DNA of 64,000 nucleotides from Escherichia coli (GTDB lineage Bacteria; Pseudomonadota; Gammaproteobacteria; Enterobacterales; Enterobacteriaceae): NCBI RefSeq assembly GCF_024298765.1, contig NZ_CP101210.1; one strand, 5' to 3'. Shown piece by piece: positions 53,635 to 64,000 of this stretch (position 1 is its first letter; each line of letters starts with the position of its first letter). The notes under the pieces were generated by a model. It saw only the letters and a program-made list of their open reading frames with translations, ran no database searches and was not told where the DNA came from. The position numbers and the translations under genes were made by a program.

Positions 53635-54972
53635 ATGAGTCAACAACACACAACCCAGGCTTCTGGCCAGGGGATGCTGGAACGCGTGTTTAAACTGCGC
53701 GAACATGGCACGACGGCACGGACCGAAGTGATCGCCGGTTTTACCACCTTCCTGACGATGGTTTACATCGTTTTTGTTAACCCGCAAATTCTTGGCGTTG
53801 CTGGCATGGATACCAGCGCCGTCTTCGTTACTACCTGTCTGATTGCTGCATTCGGCAGTATTATGATGGGACTGTTTGCTAACCTGCCAGTTGCACTGGC
53901 ACCCGCTATGGGCCTGAATGCGTTCTTCGCTTTTGTGGTTGTGCAGGCGATGGGCTTGCCGTGGCAGGTCGGGATGGGCGCAATCTTCTGGGGCGCGATT
54001 GGTCTGCTGTTACTGACGATTTTCCGCGTTCGCTACTGGATGATAGCCAACATTCCGGTGAGTCTGCGTGTGGGCATTACCAGCGGTATCGGCCTGTTTA
54101 TTGGCATGATGGGACTGAAGAATGCAGGTGTGATTGTCGCTAACCCGGAAACGCTGGTGAGCATCGGTAATCTGACTTCTCACAGCGTACTGCTGGGGAT
54201 CCTCGGCTTCTTCATCATTGCTATTCTGGCCTCACGCAACATTCACGCGGCGGTGCTGGTTTCCATCGTGGTGACGACGCTGCTGGGCTGGATGCTGGGT
54301 GATGTCCACTACAATGGCATCGTTTCTGCGCCGCCGAGCGTAATGAGTGTCGTGGGTCATGTAGATTTAGCCGGGTCGTTTAACCTCGGGCTGGCAGGGG
54401 TGATTTTCTCTTTCATGCTGGTCAACCTGTTTGACTCCTCCGGTACACTGATTGGCGTGACCGATAAAGCAGGACTGGCGGATGAAAAAGGTAAATTCCC
54501 GCGCATGAAGCAGGCACTGTATGTCGACAGCATCTCTTCCGTGACCGGTTCGTTTATCGGGACTTCTTCTGTTACGGCGTATATCGAGTCTTCTTCCGGC
54601 GTTTCCGTTGGGGGGCGTACCGGCCTGACGGCAGTGGTTGTCGGTCTGCTGTTCCTGCTGGTTATCTTCCTGTCGCCGCTGGCGGGGATGGTGCCGGGAT
54701 ATGCCGCAGCTGGCGCGCTGATCTATGTGGGCGTACTGATGACCTCAAGTCTTGCTCGCGTGAACTGGCAGGATCTTACTGAATCTGTTCCGGCGTTTAT
54801 TACCGCTGTGATGATGCCGTTCAGCTTTTCGATTACCGAAGGTATTGCGCTGGGCTTTATCTCCTACTGCGTGATGAAGATTGGTACCGGACGTCTGCGT
54901 GACATTAGCCCGTGCGTAATCATCGTTGCGCTGCTGTTTATCCTGAAGATTGTGTTTATCGACGCTCACTAA
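53635..54972 (+). CDS. adeP: Adenine permease (NCS2 family)
   Basis: 445 aa polytopic membrane ORF starting MSQQHTTQASGQGMLERVFKLREHGTTARTEVIAGFTTFLTMVYIVFVNPQILG. Confidence 0.92.
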   Translation: MSQQHTTQASGQGMLERVFKLREHGTTARTEVIAGFTTFLTMVYIVFVNPQILGVAGMDTSAVFVTTCLIAAFGSIMMGLFANLPVALAPAMGLNAFFAFVVVQAMGLPWQVGMGAIFWGAIGLLLLTIFRVRYWMIANIPVSLRVGITSGIGLFIGMMGLKNAGVIVANPETLVSIGNLTSHSVLLGILGFFIIAILASRNIHAAVLVSIVVTTLLGWMLGDVHYNGIVSAPPSVMSVVGHVDLAGSFNLGLAGVIFSFMLVNLFDSSGTLIGVTDKAGLADEKGKFPRMKQALYVDSISSVTGSFIGTSSVTAYIESSSGVSVGGRTGLTAVVVGLLFLLVIFLSPLAGMVPGYAAAGALIYVGVLMTSSLARVNWQDLTESVPAFITAVMMPFSFSITEGIALGFISYCVMKIGTGRLRDISPCVIIVALLFILKIVFIDAH

Positions 54973-54989
54973 AATCGATAGCGCGTTAA

Positions 54990-55026
54990 AAACCCGCCAT
55001 GCATGATTGCTGGCGGGTTTTTTATT
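54990..55026. terminator. Bidirectional intrinsic terminator between convergent adeP and chrR
   Basis: AAAACCCGCCA...TGGCGGGTTTTTT: a GC stem flanked by an A-tract and a T-tract. Confidence 0.7.
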
Positions 55027-55592
55027 TAGATCTTAACTCGCTGAATAAACTCACCAAATGCGGTCAATTGCCCGGTCAGGTGGTCCAGCGTACCCTGATC
55101 AATCACTTCCCCGGTTTGCGGATCAACTTTGTTCTGAATCACGCCGCCCATAAATTCCGGCTTGTTCATCACCATTGCATCGAGGAAAACCAGAATCTGG
55201 CGCAGGTGATACTGACAGCGCGCGCCGCCAATCACGCCCATTGAGCTGGTCTGAATCAATACCGGTTTACCTGCCAGCGGTTGATCCGGCAGGCGGGAAA
55301 GCCAGTCGATGGCATTTTTCAGCCCACCCGGTACCGAGTAGTTATATTCCGGCGTGACGATCACCACACCGTCAGCCTGACGGATCTGTTCCGCCAGAGC
55401 TTCAACCGTTGCTGGAAAACCGTCTTCCTGCTGTACGTCAGCGTCATACAGGGGAATGTCGGCAATGGAAGGTAACGCATTGATTTCCATGCTCGCCGGA
55501 GCAATTTTCGGCAGGGTACGTGCAACCATGCCATTAAATGAGCCTTTGCGCAGGCTCCCCAGTAACGTAACCACCTGCAATTTTTCAGACAT
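55026..55592 (-). CDS. chrR: NAD(P)H-dependent FMN reductase / chromate reductase
   Basis: 188 aa; N-terminus MSEKLQVVTLLGSLRKGSFN typical of the NADPH-dependent FMN reductase family. Confidence 0.92.
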   Translation of the reverse strand: MSEKLQVVTLLGSLRKGSFNGMVARTLPKIAPASMEINALPSIADIPLYDADVQQEDGFPATVEALAEQIRQADGVVIVTPEYNYSVPGGLKNAIDWLSRLPDQPLAGKPVLIQTSSMGVIGGARCQYHLRQILVFLDAMVMNKPEFMGGVIQNKVDPQTGEVIDQGTLDHLTGQLTAFGEFIQRVKI

Positions 55593-55613
55593 GATGACTC
55601 CTGTGGTTGTCTA

Positions 55614-56375
55614 TCAATTTGGCGAAAAAGCCTTCACGGTAGAGAGCTGGGCAAAACGCATCATCCGGCTGGTAGGATTGTTGGCGCGGCTGTGAATATC
55701 GGGCAGGCTTTTCCAGCCATGTTTGCCATCTAACTCCCAGACACTGAGCTTTTCAATCGTGGGCGTGACCGCCACGGACCACACCAGCACGTCCTCCGCG
55801 TCGCATAACGCTTCTACATGATTTACATGAGCACATTTCAGGCGTCCGGCAATGGGCAGTAGTTGCAGATCGCGCGGATCGTCATTCAAAACATCACCGG
55901 TTAGTTTTAGCACGCTTCGGCGCAGCGTGATGAGCTGCGCCCGCGCTTCGTTAGGATCGTTTTGTTTACTGATCCATAGCGATTCATTGCTGGAAAAGGT
56001 GTGGTTATCGGGCGCGTGTGGGCTATGAAACCCGCGTGTCGCACGCTGTAGTTCCATATCGAGGCCACATTCACCTTCGGTTGTTAACGCCACGCCGACC
56101 ATATTCCCGGCATAGGAAATAGAAAACGAAGGCAAATTTTTATCGCTGAAAACCGGTTTTCCTTTCGGCAGGGTGACGATTTCCGGCAATTCGCCAATGC
56201 CATACAGCATGAACATCAGTTCTGCGAGTAAACCTCTGGACGCCAGAAAACGGCTTTGACGATGAGGGGGAATGTTTCGGGCTTCTTGATGACACTGGGA
56301 GGGGAGACGAACAGAAATCAGATGTCCTTCCGTTAAAATCCCTCGGGCAAAGTGAGTCGCCATTTTTCGCTCCAT
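55614..56375 (-). CDS. yieE: Putative 4'-phosphopantetheinyl transferase family protein YieE
   Basis: 253 aa ORF (or 249 aa from the second Met, MATHFARG...) in the conserved position between chrR and yidZ. Confidence 0.75.
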   Translation of the reverse strand: MERKMATHFARGILTEGHLISVRLPSQCHQEARNIPPHRQSRFLASRGLLAELMFMLYGIGELPEIVTLPKGKPVFSDKNLPSFSISYAGNMVGVALTTEGECGLDMELQRATRGFHSPHAPDNHTFSSNESLWISKQNDPNEARAQLITLRRSVLKLTGDVLNDDPRDLQLLPIAGRLKCAHVNHVEALCDAEDVLVWSVAVTPTIEKLSVWELDGKHGWKSLPDIHSRANNPTSRMMRFAQLSTVKAFSPN

Positions 56376-56519
56376 GCTTAATGGTCCATTATGAATACAA
56401 GAGTAATCATTTACTGGAATGATGGACAGACTAAAGCGGCTAAAAGTTCGATTCAGACAAGCTTATTACAACTTTTTTACATTTTATTGTGAAATTGGGT
56501 CGCGTTTCATACGATTCGG

Positions 56520-57479
56520 TTATGCCATCGACGCGTAAAGATTTTTAATGGTTTCCCGTAACCAGACGATCTTCGGATTACGGCTGTTCCGTTTATGCCA
56601 CAGAAGGGTAAAAGGGACTTCCAGCTTTTTTTGCTGGCTTTCATCAAACGGGAGAGGAAGAGCAACCAACGGCAGTTGGTGGAGTTGATTGTAGTACTGG
56701 CAGTAGCGCGGCGCGGTCGCCAGTAGCAGATTGTCGGGCTGTGCTGCCATAAACAGTGACTGCTCGAATTCCGGCAGGCTCATAGCAATCGTGCGTTCGC
56801 GCCCCAGCTCCTGTAACACATTGTCCAGCGCCCAGGTATCGCTCTGTTCCCAGCAAATGCTGATATGCGGATAACGTAAAAAGGTGTCCAGATTCCATGC
56901 TTCATGCAGTGCCGGATGATCTTTGCGTAACCAGACGCAGGGCACATCACTAAACAGCACTTCATAATCAATGGCTAACGGTAGCGAGCTTAACAGCTCC
57001 CGCGAACGGGGATGACTTTCGCGACCGGAAAAACCAATATCCACTTCACCACGAGTAATGGCATCTAAGGAATCGTAATCCCAGTTACGTAATTTGATGG
57101 TCGCCTGCGGGTAACGTTGGTAGATCCGTTTCGACAGCGCATTAAGCATGATCATCATTAGCGGTGATTCTGCTGCCAGTTCAAACTTCAGGCCGCGCGG
57201 TGTCTGGTGGTGCGGTTTATCCAGCAGCAGGTTGCTCATTTGCATCCACTCCGCCAGATTTTGCTCCATGCTGACCATTAGCGGTGTGGGCGACAGCCCC
57301 AGCGGTGAGTTCACAAAGAGCGGGTCGTCAAACCACGCTCTTAACTTTGCCAGCGACTTACTCACCGCCGAAGGGGTCACGTTCATCCGCTTCGCCGCTT
57401 TGGTCACGCTGCGCTCCTGCATCAGCAGTTGCAGACAGAGCAGCAGATTGAGATCAAGCGTGGTGATGGATTTCTTCAT
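56520..57479 (-). CDS. yidZ: LysR-family transcriptional regulator YidZ
   Basis: 319 aa from the ATG giving [43 protein letters not shown] (LysR HTH); the ORF track extends 3 codons upstream from a TTG. Confidence 0.9.
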   Translation of the reverse strand: MKKSITTLDLNLLLCLQLLMQERSVTKAAKRMNVTPSAVSKSLAKLRAWFDDPLFVNSPLGLSPTPLMVSMEQNLAEWMQMSNLLLDKPHHQTPRGLKFELAAESPLMMIMLNALSKRIYQRYPQATIKLRNWDYDSLDAITRGEVDIGFSGRESHPRSRELLSSLPLAIDYEVLFSDVPCVWLRKDHPALHEAWNLDTFLRYPHISICWEQSDTWALDNVLQELGRERTIAMSLPEFEQSLFMAAQPDNLLLATAPRYCQYYNQLHQLPLVALPLPFDESQQKKLEVPFTLLWHKRNSRNPKIVWLRETIKNLYASMA

Positions 57480-58629
57480 GAGCGGCAATCGGGCGTCCAG
57501 GCGCGACGAACATAATCAGCAACAGGCTCACTATGCTACAGGCAATCAGAATCCCGATCAGCATATTCCATGCGCCGATACCAACCACCGCCGCCAGCCA
57601 AATCCACAGTGACGAACCGCAAACTTGCGCAATACCTAAGGTCGAGCTGGCTACGCCCGCGCGTAATGAAAACGGCCCTAACGCCTGACTCATCGCTACG
57701 CCAAAACCTACCGAGAAACCGGCGCAAATCAGCGTGATACCAAACAGCGAAACCGCATGGGAAGGTGAAACGGCAAGGGTGATCCCCGTCGCCAGGAATA
57801 ACACCTGCGAGGTGATCATCAACGTACGTGGCTTAAAAATTCCCAGCGCAAATGGTGTGGAAAATGAAACGGTCATGCTGACGCCAGCGGTCAACGCCAT
57901 AATGGTGGCGTATTCTCCGCGCTCAAAACCCATGATTTCCATCAGCAATACTGGCGACGTGTTGACGAAGGTGAGGATCACCGAAACGCTGAGGGTGGTG
58001 ATAACAACACGGCTGAGGAAAAACCGGTTAAGCAGTGACTCGCTATTTTCTCGTGGTTTGTCCGAAGTTGTGGGGGCCGCAGGGCGCGTTTCTTTTAAAA
58101 TAAACAAAGACAACATCAGTACTGCGATGCCCATTATTGCCATTGTCCAGAACAGACTCTGCCATGGGAATTTAAGCATAATCAGGTGTCCGAGCACCGG
58201 CGCTAACACCGGAATGATGCAGGTAATGCCGTTGAGTAACGACAGCACTTTAGCCCGACGTCGATCATCCAGTGTGTCGCGTAAAATGGCGAACGCAACC
58301 ACGTAACAACAGCCCGCGCCCAGCCCCTGTAGAAAGCGCCCTGCAAGAAATAACGTGCTGGTTTCAGCCAGTGAACAGAACACCGAGGCGATAATAAATA
58401 GCGCCGCGCCGGGTATGGCGACAGGCTTTCTCCCTGAACGATCGGCCACTTTACCGGCAAATAACATCGCAGCTGCCATGCCCGCCAGATAAACGGAGAA
58501 CGCAATATGCAACTGCGCTTCGCTGGCATTGAGATCGGCGGCGATGCGCGGTAAACCAACGAGGTACATATCAATCCCGGCGGGATAAAGTAAAACCAGG
58601 GCAAAACTACAAATCAAAAAGCGGGACAT
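57454..58629 (-). CDS. mdtL: MFS multidrug efflux transporter MdtL
   Basis: 391 aa 12-TM MFS ORF; 3' end overlaps the yidZ start by about 26 nt. Confidence 0.9.
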   Translation of the reverse strand: MSRFLICSFALVLLYPAGIDMYLVGLPRIAADLNASEAQLHIAFSVYLAGMAAAMLFAGKVADRSGRKPVAIPGAALFIIASVFCSLAETSTLFLAGRFLQGLGAGCCYVVAFAILRDTLDDRRRAKVLSLLNGITCIIPVLAPVLGHLIMLKFPWQSLFWTMAIMGIAVLMLSLFILKETRPAAPTTSDKPRENSESLLNRFFLSRVVITTLSVSVILTFVNTSPVLLMEIMGFERGEYATIMALTAGVSMTVSFSTPFALGIFKPRTLMITSQVLFLATGITLAVSPSHAVSLFGITLICAGFSVGFGVAMSQALGPFSLRAGVASSTLGIAQVCGSSLWIWLAAVVGIGAWNMLIGILIACSIVSLLLIMFVAPGRPIAAHEEIHHHA

Positions 58630-58750
58630 GGGCTAAAGCGTCCTGATAGTAAGGTGACGCAAAGCATACGTGGTGAAGGAGGATCAGGCGAGTTGCCATT
58701 TGGACATAAGTGATTTCCTGAGAGGCAAGAAGCCAGCGAATGGCTGGCTT

Positions 58751-58880
58751 CTATACTCGTCATACTTCAAGTTGCATGTGCTGCGTCTGCGTTCGTTCAC
58801 CCCAGTCACTTACTTTAGTAAGCTCCTGGGGATTCACTCACTTGTCGCCTTCCTGCAACTCGAATTATTTAGAGTATAAG
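58751..58880. repeat. ERIC / IRU (enterobacterial repetitive intergenic consensus) element
   Basis: Contains ...CAAGTTGCATGTGCTGCGTCTGCGTTCGTTCACCCCAGTCACTTACTTTAGTAAGCTCCTGGGGATTCAC..., the reverse complement of the ERIC core (GTGAATCCCCAGGAGCTTAC...GTGACTGGGGTGAGCGAACGCAGACGCAGCACATGCAACTTG); imperfect palindrome in the mdtL-tnaB spacer. Confidence 0.75.
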
Positions 58881-58887
58881 TGGCTGT

Positions 58888-60135
58888 TTAGCCAAATTTA
58901 GGTAACACGTTAAAGACGTTACCGAACCAGCATAAAATTACGGTTATACCAAAGAGAATGACAATCGCCGGAATAAGATTGCCGCCCCAGACCGTGAACA
59001 TCTGATTGGGAAACTTCTTGCGAGCTTTGATTGCCAGCACCGCGGGGATAATGACCGCCCAGATGGTGGCACACAGTCCGGCACCGCCGATCCCGTAAAT
59101 GAAGCCGTTCGGGAAGATCAGATACAACAACGCAGGTGGCAGGAAGGTTAACAGCACGGTTTTGAAACGCCCGGCGTGGGAGTTATCAATCTTAAACAGA
59201 TCCGCCAGATAATCGAACAATCCCAGCGTGACACCAAAGAACGAACTGGCAACAGCTAAGTTGGAGAACACCAGCAGGCAAAACTCGATAATGCCATGCT
59301 GTTTGGTGCCGAGGAACGATTTCACCAGCGAATCAACGTTGCCGCCTGAGGAGATTATCGCCTTAAAGCTTTCTCGCGGGATATTCCCCATCGTGCAATA
59401 GAGCCAGAAGAGATAAATCACCAGCGCCAGCAGCGAACCGAAGACCACGCTTTTGATTAGCTTATCTTTGCGTTTGCCATAGCAAATAATCAGGCTGGGA
59501 ATATTGCCGTGGAAACCAAATGACGCCAGACACACCGGCAAAGCCATAAAGATATACGGGAAATAAGATGTTCCCGCCGTGGTGCTGGTGGCATCGCGCA
59601 GAATGGAGTAATCGACCTGGAAGAAGAAAGAACCAAAAACAATTACAAAGGAGATAATCTTCAGCCCAAGGAACAATGAGGTAATACGACTGGCGGCTAA
59701 CGAACTTATCCACAATACGCTGGCAACGAAAATGGCAGTGCAGATCCCGACAATACGTGGATTAGCATGATAACCCAAATTCATTGATATCGTTTCACTA
59801 ATGATCGCACCATTAGCAGAGATATAGGCATAAGTGAGGATGTAGAGAACGAAGGCAACGGTAATACCGCTGATAATGTTCCAGGTGTTACCGATTAAAT
59901 CTTTGGTGATGGTGTTAAAACTGGATCCGACGGGATAATTTAAGTTTGCTTCTAATAATAATAGCCCTGAATGTAACATTGAAAACCAGGCGATAATAAG
60001 AATAAAAGCGCCCCAAAAAAACCAGGCTCCGGCAAGGTCAACAGGTAAAGCAAACATCCCACCGCCAATTACTGTACCGGCTATAACCATAACACCCCAA
60101 AATGCAGAGTGTTTTTTTTCTGATTGATCAGTCAT
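58888..60135 (-). CDS. tnaB: Low-affinity tryptophan permease
   Basis: 415 aa polytopic permease of the aromatic amino acid (HAAAP) family, downstream of tnaA. Confidence 0.93.
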   Translation of the reverse strand: MTDQSEKKHSAFWGVMVIAGTVIGGGMFALPVDLAGAWFFWGAFILIIAWFSMLHSGLLLLEANLNYPVGSSFNTITKDLIGNTWNIISGITVAFVLYILTYAYISANGAIISETISMNLGYHANPRIVGICTAIFVASVLWISSLAASRITSLFLGLKIISFVIVFGSFFFQVDYSILRDATSTTAGTSYFPYIFMALPVCLASFGFHGNIPSLIICYGKRKDKLIKSVVFGSLLALVIYLFWLYCTMGNIPRESFKAIISSGGNVDSLVKSFLGTKQHGIIEFCLLVFSNLAVASSFFGVTLGLFDYLADLFKIDNSHAGRFKTVLLTFLPPALLYLIFPNGFIYGIGGAGLCATIWAVIIPAVLAIKARKKFPNQMFTVWGGNLIPAIVILFGITVILCWFGNVFNVLPKFG

Positions 60136-60226
60136 GATGCCACCTTTAGAGGAAGGCTATTTTTGTTATTGAGGATGTAGGGTAATAGAGTGGCTAACAT
60201 CCTTATAGCCACTCTGAGTGTTTTAA

Positions 60227-61642
60227 TTAAACTTCTTTCAGTTTTGCGGTGAAGTGACGCAATACTTTCGGTTCGTAGGTAAAGGTTAACCCTTTAATAT
60301 TCGCCGCGTTCTCTTTCACATGTTTAAAGACTTCAATAATGAAGTCCATATGTGTTTGAGTATATGTTGCGCGCGGAATGGTTAAACGCAGCAGTTCAGC
60401 CGGGCATGGCAGTTGTTTACCGGTTTTCGGATCGCGGCCTAACAGGAAAGAGCCAATTTCTACCGCACGGATACCGGCGACTTTATACAGCTCGCAGGCC
60501 AGCGCCTGTGCCGGGAACTGATCTGCCGGGATATGCGGCAACAGTTTACCTGCATCAACGAATGCCGCGTGACCGCCCGCCTGCTGACAGACAACGCCAA
60601 TCTCTTCCAGACCATCGACCAGATACTGCACCTGCGCGATACGATAAGCCAGCCAGTCCAGATTCATGCCGTCATACAGACCTACCGCCAGACGCTCCAT
60701 AGCGCCGCCTTCCAGGCCGCCATATGTCGGGAAGCCTTCCTGCACCACGCAAAGGGTTCTGCATTCGGTATACACATCAAAGAAGCTGTCGTCTTTCATG
60801 CACAGCAGGCCGCCCATCGGCACCATCGCATCTTTCTTGGCGGACATCGCCAGCATATCGGCATATTTGTAGGTTTCGCGGGTGATCTGCTCGATGGTCC
60901 AGTCTTTGTATTCTGCTTCACGCTGCTTGATGAAATAGGCGTTTTCGGCAAAGCGTGCGGAGTCCATGACCACCGGAATATCGTATTTCTTCGCGATGCT
61001 GTACATCGCTTTTAAGTTTGCCAGTGAAACCGGCTGACCACCTGCGGAGTTACTGGTGATGGTTGCAACGATATACGGCACGTTATTCGGGCCAACTTCT
61101 TCAATACCGCGTTCTAATCCCTCAAGGTCAAAGTTGCCTTTAAAGTCGTAACGCACGCCAGTATCGAAGGCTTCTTTGATATAGACGTTACGCACGGTAC
61201 AGCCGTTAATCTGGCTATGGCCCTGAGTGGTATCAAAGAAATAGTTAGAGAACGCCACCATTTTGCTGCGATCCAGGCCTTTTTCCTGCTCGCGTTTTTT
61301 AATCAGTACCGGAATATAGATTTGCTCTGCACCACGGCCCTGGTGAGTCGGAATAGTGTATTGATAACCAAAGATATTTTTCACTGACTCGGCTAACGCG
61401 TAGTAGCTGCGGCTGCCGCTGTAGGCTTCGTCGCCACGCATCATCGCGGCCTGCATACTCTGCGTCACCGCCCCGGTGCCGCTGTCGGTCAGTAAATCGA
61501 TAAACACATCTTCGCTATCCAGCAGGAACGGGTTCATACCGGATTTAATAATTGCCTCTTCACGATAAGCGCGAGTGGTACGTTTTACTGGCTCAATAAC
61601 ACGAATGCGGAACGGTTCAGGGAGATGTTTAAAGTTTTCCAT
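60227..61642 (-). CDS. tnaA: Tryptophanase (PLP-dependent)
   Basis: 471 aa from the ATG at 61642 ([18 protein letters not shown]...) preceded by AAGGA; PLP-lysine motif SAKKDAMV. Confidence 0.96.
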   Translation of the reverse strand: MENFKHLPEPFRIRVIEPVKRTTRAYREEAIIKSGMNPFLLDSEDVFIDLLTDSGTGAVTQSMQAAMMRGDEAYSGSRSYYALAESVKNIFGYQYTIPTHQGRGAEQIYIPVLIKKREQEKGLDRSKMVAFSNYFFDTTQGHSQINGCTVRNVYIKEAFDTGVRYDFKGNFDLEGLERGIEEVGPNNVPYIVATITSNSAGGQPVSLANLKAMYSIAKKYDIPVVMDSARFAENAYFIKQREAEYKDWTIEQITRETYKYADMLAMSAKKDAMVPMGGLLCMKDDSFFDVYTECRTLCVVQEGFPTYGGLEGGAMERLAVGLYDGMNLDWLAYRIAQVQYLVDGLEEIGVVCQQAGGHAAFVDAGKLLPHIPADQFPAQALACELYKVAGIRAVEIGSFLLGRDPKTGKQLPCPAELLRLTIPRATYTQTHMDFIIEVFKHVKENAANIKGLTFTYEPKVLRHFTAKLKEV

Positions 61643-61862
61643 TACATAATCCTTCATTTATTTTAATTACAGTGATCCCTGTGAATATTACATTTACAAT
61701 ATCTATTAATTCGCCAGATATATATGCAAGCACCATCATTTACTAAAACAAGTAAATAAACGAGAGATGGCCTTTGTAAAAGGCAAAATTAAGATATAGC
61801 AAACAAATAGATCACATTGAATCTAATCGGTTTGGCTCTGGTGATGGCTACAGAAGGGCAAA

Positions 61863-61937
61863 TCAAGGGCGGTGATCGACAATCTTGTTGTCAATATTAA
61901 ACCATTTTGAGGTCACACATATATGTAAGATATTCAT
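61863..61937 (-). CDS. tnaC: tna operon leader peptide TnaC (24 aa)
   Basis: Reverse complement encodes MNILHICVTSKWFNIDNKIVDHRP* exactly, including the critical Trp12 and C-terminal Pro24. Confidence 0.93.
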   Translation of the reverse strand: MNILHICVTSKWFNIDNKIVDHRP

Positions 61938-62010
61938 AATGCACTTATCCTCGAAAGACACGAGGCTACAGTATAATACTCAAGGAATTTGTCTATTCTG
62001 AAATTGTTTA

Positions 62011-62030
62011 AATGTGAATCGAATCACAAT
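62011..62030. promoter_or_regulatory. CRP (CAP) binding site of the tna promoter
   Basis: AATGTGAATCGAATCACAAT is a palindromic TGTGA-N6-TCACA site about 75-95 bp upstream of the tnaC start on the minus strand. Confidence 0.7.
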
Positions 62031-62178
62031 CGTTCGGGACGCAATATTAAATATCTTTTTTAAAGATTATAAATTACGTAAGAATTTTAATGTTTAAAAA
62101 AGGGTTGAGGAATAACAGGAGTGCTAACAATGAAGCGAAGCCGCATCTGACAGTCAGAATGCGGCTTCGCAAGCGCGG

Positions 62179-63543
62179 TTACTTACCAATACAGAAGCTG
62201 GAGAAAATTCGCCCCAGCAGGTCGTCAGAAGTAAATTCCCCGGTGATCTCGCTTAAGTTCTGCTGCGCCAGACGCAGTTCTTCCGCCAGCAGCTCGCCTG
62301 CCCAGGCTCCTAACAGTTGCGCTTTACCCTGTTGCAGGTGCTCTGCCGCCTGTTCCAGTGCCTGTAGGTGACGACGACGCGCCAGGAAGCCGCCTTCCAT
62401 ATTGGTGTCAAAGCCCATGCTCTGTTTGAGATGGTTACGCAGCACATCCACGCCTTCGCCAGTCCGCGCCGAAAGACGAATTAACGCGTGACCGTTCACT
62501 TCGCTCATCCCCAACGTTTCGCCGGTGATATCGGCTTTATTGCGCACCACGGTGATCGGCAGTTTCGCTGGCAGACGGGCGATAAATTCCGGCCAGATCT
62601 CTGCCGGATCAACGGCGTCTGTCGTGGTGCCATCGACCATAAACAGCACGCGGTCTGCCTGTTCAATTTCCTGCCATGCGCGCTCGATACCAATACGTTC
62701 AACTTCGTCACTGGCTTCACGTAGCCCGGCGGTGTCGATGATATGCAGCGGCATTCCGTCAATGTGGATATGCTCACGCAACACGTCACGCGTAGTTCCG
62801 GCGATATCGGTTACGATTGCTGCTTCACGGCCAGCCAGCGCGTTTAACAGGCTCGATTTACCGGCGTTAGGACGTCCGGCAATCACCACTTTCATCCCTT
62901 CGCGCAACAAACTACCCTGACGTGCTTCAGCACGCACTGCATCGAGATCGGCAATCACGTCATTAAGCTGGGCTTCAATTTTGCCGTCGGAGAGGAAATC
63001 GATCTCTTCATCGGGGAAATCAATTGCCGCTTCAACGTAAATGCGCAAGTGGGTGAGGGCTTCTACCAGATGATTAACCCGTGCGGAGAATGCGCCTTGC
63101 AGCGAGTTAAGTGCCGAACGGGCCGCCTGTTCCGAACTGGCGTCGATAAGATCCGCAATCGCCTCGGCCTGGGCTAAGTCGAGTTTATCGTTAAGAAACG
63201 CGCGTTCGGAAAACTCACCAGGGCGAGCAATCCGCAGGCCGGGAATGGTCAGAATGCGTTTTAACAGCAGGTCGAGGATCACCGGACCGCCATGACCTTG
63301 CAGTTCCAGCACATCTTCGCCGGTGAACGAGTTCGGGCCAGGGAACCATAGCGCAATCCCCTGATCGAGCACGCTGCCGTCGGCGTCTTTAAACGGAAGA
63401 TAATCGGCGTAGCGCGGCTTAGGCAGTTTACCCAGCACGGTTTCGGCAACTTCACGGGCTTTGAAGCCGGAGATGCGCAGGATGCCAACGCCGCCACGTC
63501 CCGGAGGCGTGGCCTGGGCTACGATAGTGTCATTATCGCTCAT
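62179..63543 (-). CDS. mnmE: tRNA modification GTPase MnmE (TrmE)
   Basis: 454 aa; G1 motif [12 protein letters not shown] and the conserved C-terminal CIGK. Confidence 0.96.
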
Positions 63544-63593
63544 GATGTTCCTGTTGCTTTGTGTGGCGGATGTGCGGTGCTTATCCGCCCTAC

Positions 63594-63624
63594 GAAAAGA
63601 AAAAAGGCGGTCAACTGACCGCCC
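63594..63624 (-). terminator. Intrinsic terminator downstream of yidC
   Basis: On the minus strand GGCGGTC-loop-GACCGCC is followed by TTTTTTCTTTT; lies between the yidC stop and mnmE. Confidence 0.65.
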
Positions 63625-63648
63625 TTATTTTAGCGAAAACTCACCGAA

Positions 63649-64000
63649 TCAGGATTTTTTCTTCTCGCGGCTATGCAGGCCACGTTTTTCCAGACCACGG
63701 TAAATCAGCTGCTGCTGAATAATGGTTACCAGGTTGCTGACGATATAGTACAGCACCAGACCTGACGGGAACCACAGGAAGAACACAGTGAAGATGACCG
63801 GCATAAAGGTCATGATCTTCTGCTGCATCGGGTCGGTCACAGTGGTCGGCGACATCTTCTGAATGAAGAACATCGTTACGCCCATCAGGATCGGCAGGAT
63901 GTAGTACGGGTCCTGTGCAGACAGGTCGTGGATCCACAGTGCAAACGGTGCCTGACGCAGTTCAACGGAACCCATCAGCATGTAGTACAACGCCAGGAAG
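63649..64000 (-). CDS. yidC: Membrane protein insertase YidC, C-terminal part (5' end beyond window)
   Basis: The minus-strand ORF running off the window end encodes ...[30 protein letters not shown], the conserved YidC C-terminus. Confidence 0.9.

Noticed and set aside
58670-58879. 69 aa plus-strand ORF in the mdtL-tnaB spacer
   Set aside because: It coincides with the ERIC repeat and a hairpin; ERIC elements commonly generate spurious small ORFs.
62090-62371. 93 aa plus-strand ORF between the tna promoter and mnmE
   Set aside because: It mostly overlaps the mnmE 3' coding region on the opposite strand; the Ser/Ala/Cys-rich composition suggests a chance frame.

Overview
This window is an Escherichia coli-type chromosomal segment spanning the replication origin, in reverse orientation relative to the K-12 reference map. 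In order it contains: a partial rrnC-type rRNA operon (23S partial, tRNA-Glu, 16S, tandem P1/P2 promoters), yieP, hsrA, the rbsDACBKR ribose operon, kup, ravA-viaA, asnA/asnC, mioC, oriC, mnmG (gidA), rsmG (gidB), the complete atpIBEFHAGDC operon, glmUS, a four-gene chaperone-usher fimbrial cluster, pstSCAB-phoU, the bglGFB-bglH operon, yieL, yieK, cbrB, yieH, adeP, chrR, yieE, yidZ, mdtL, tnaCAB, mnmE and the 3' end of yidC. Every core gene is full length with no frameshifts or IS elements seen. The only clearly accessory DNA is the roughly 5.4 kb fimbrial island between glmS and pstS, which resembles long polar fimbriae (LPF) loci; it is a recognised island type, not a new system. A cbrC (yieJ)-sized gene expected between yieK and cbrB is not present. 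I found no CRISPR array, integrase, transposase, toxin-antitoxin or defence-system signature, so I do not claim an undescribed biological system here. Gene calls rest on the supplied ORF track plus recognition of protein sequences and motifs; coordinates of non-coding features read from the printed sequence may be off by 1-2 nt.
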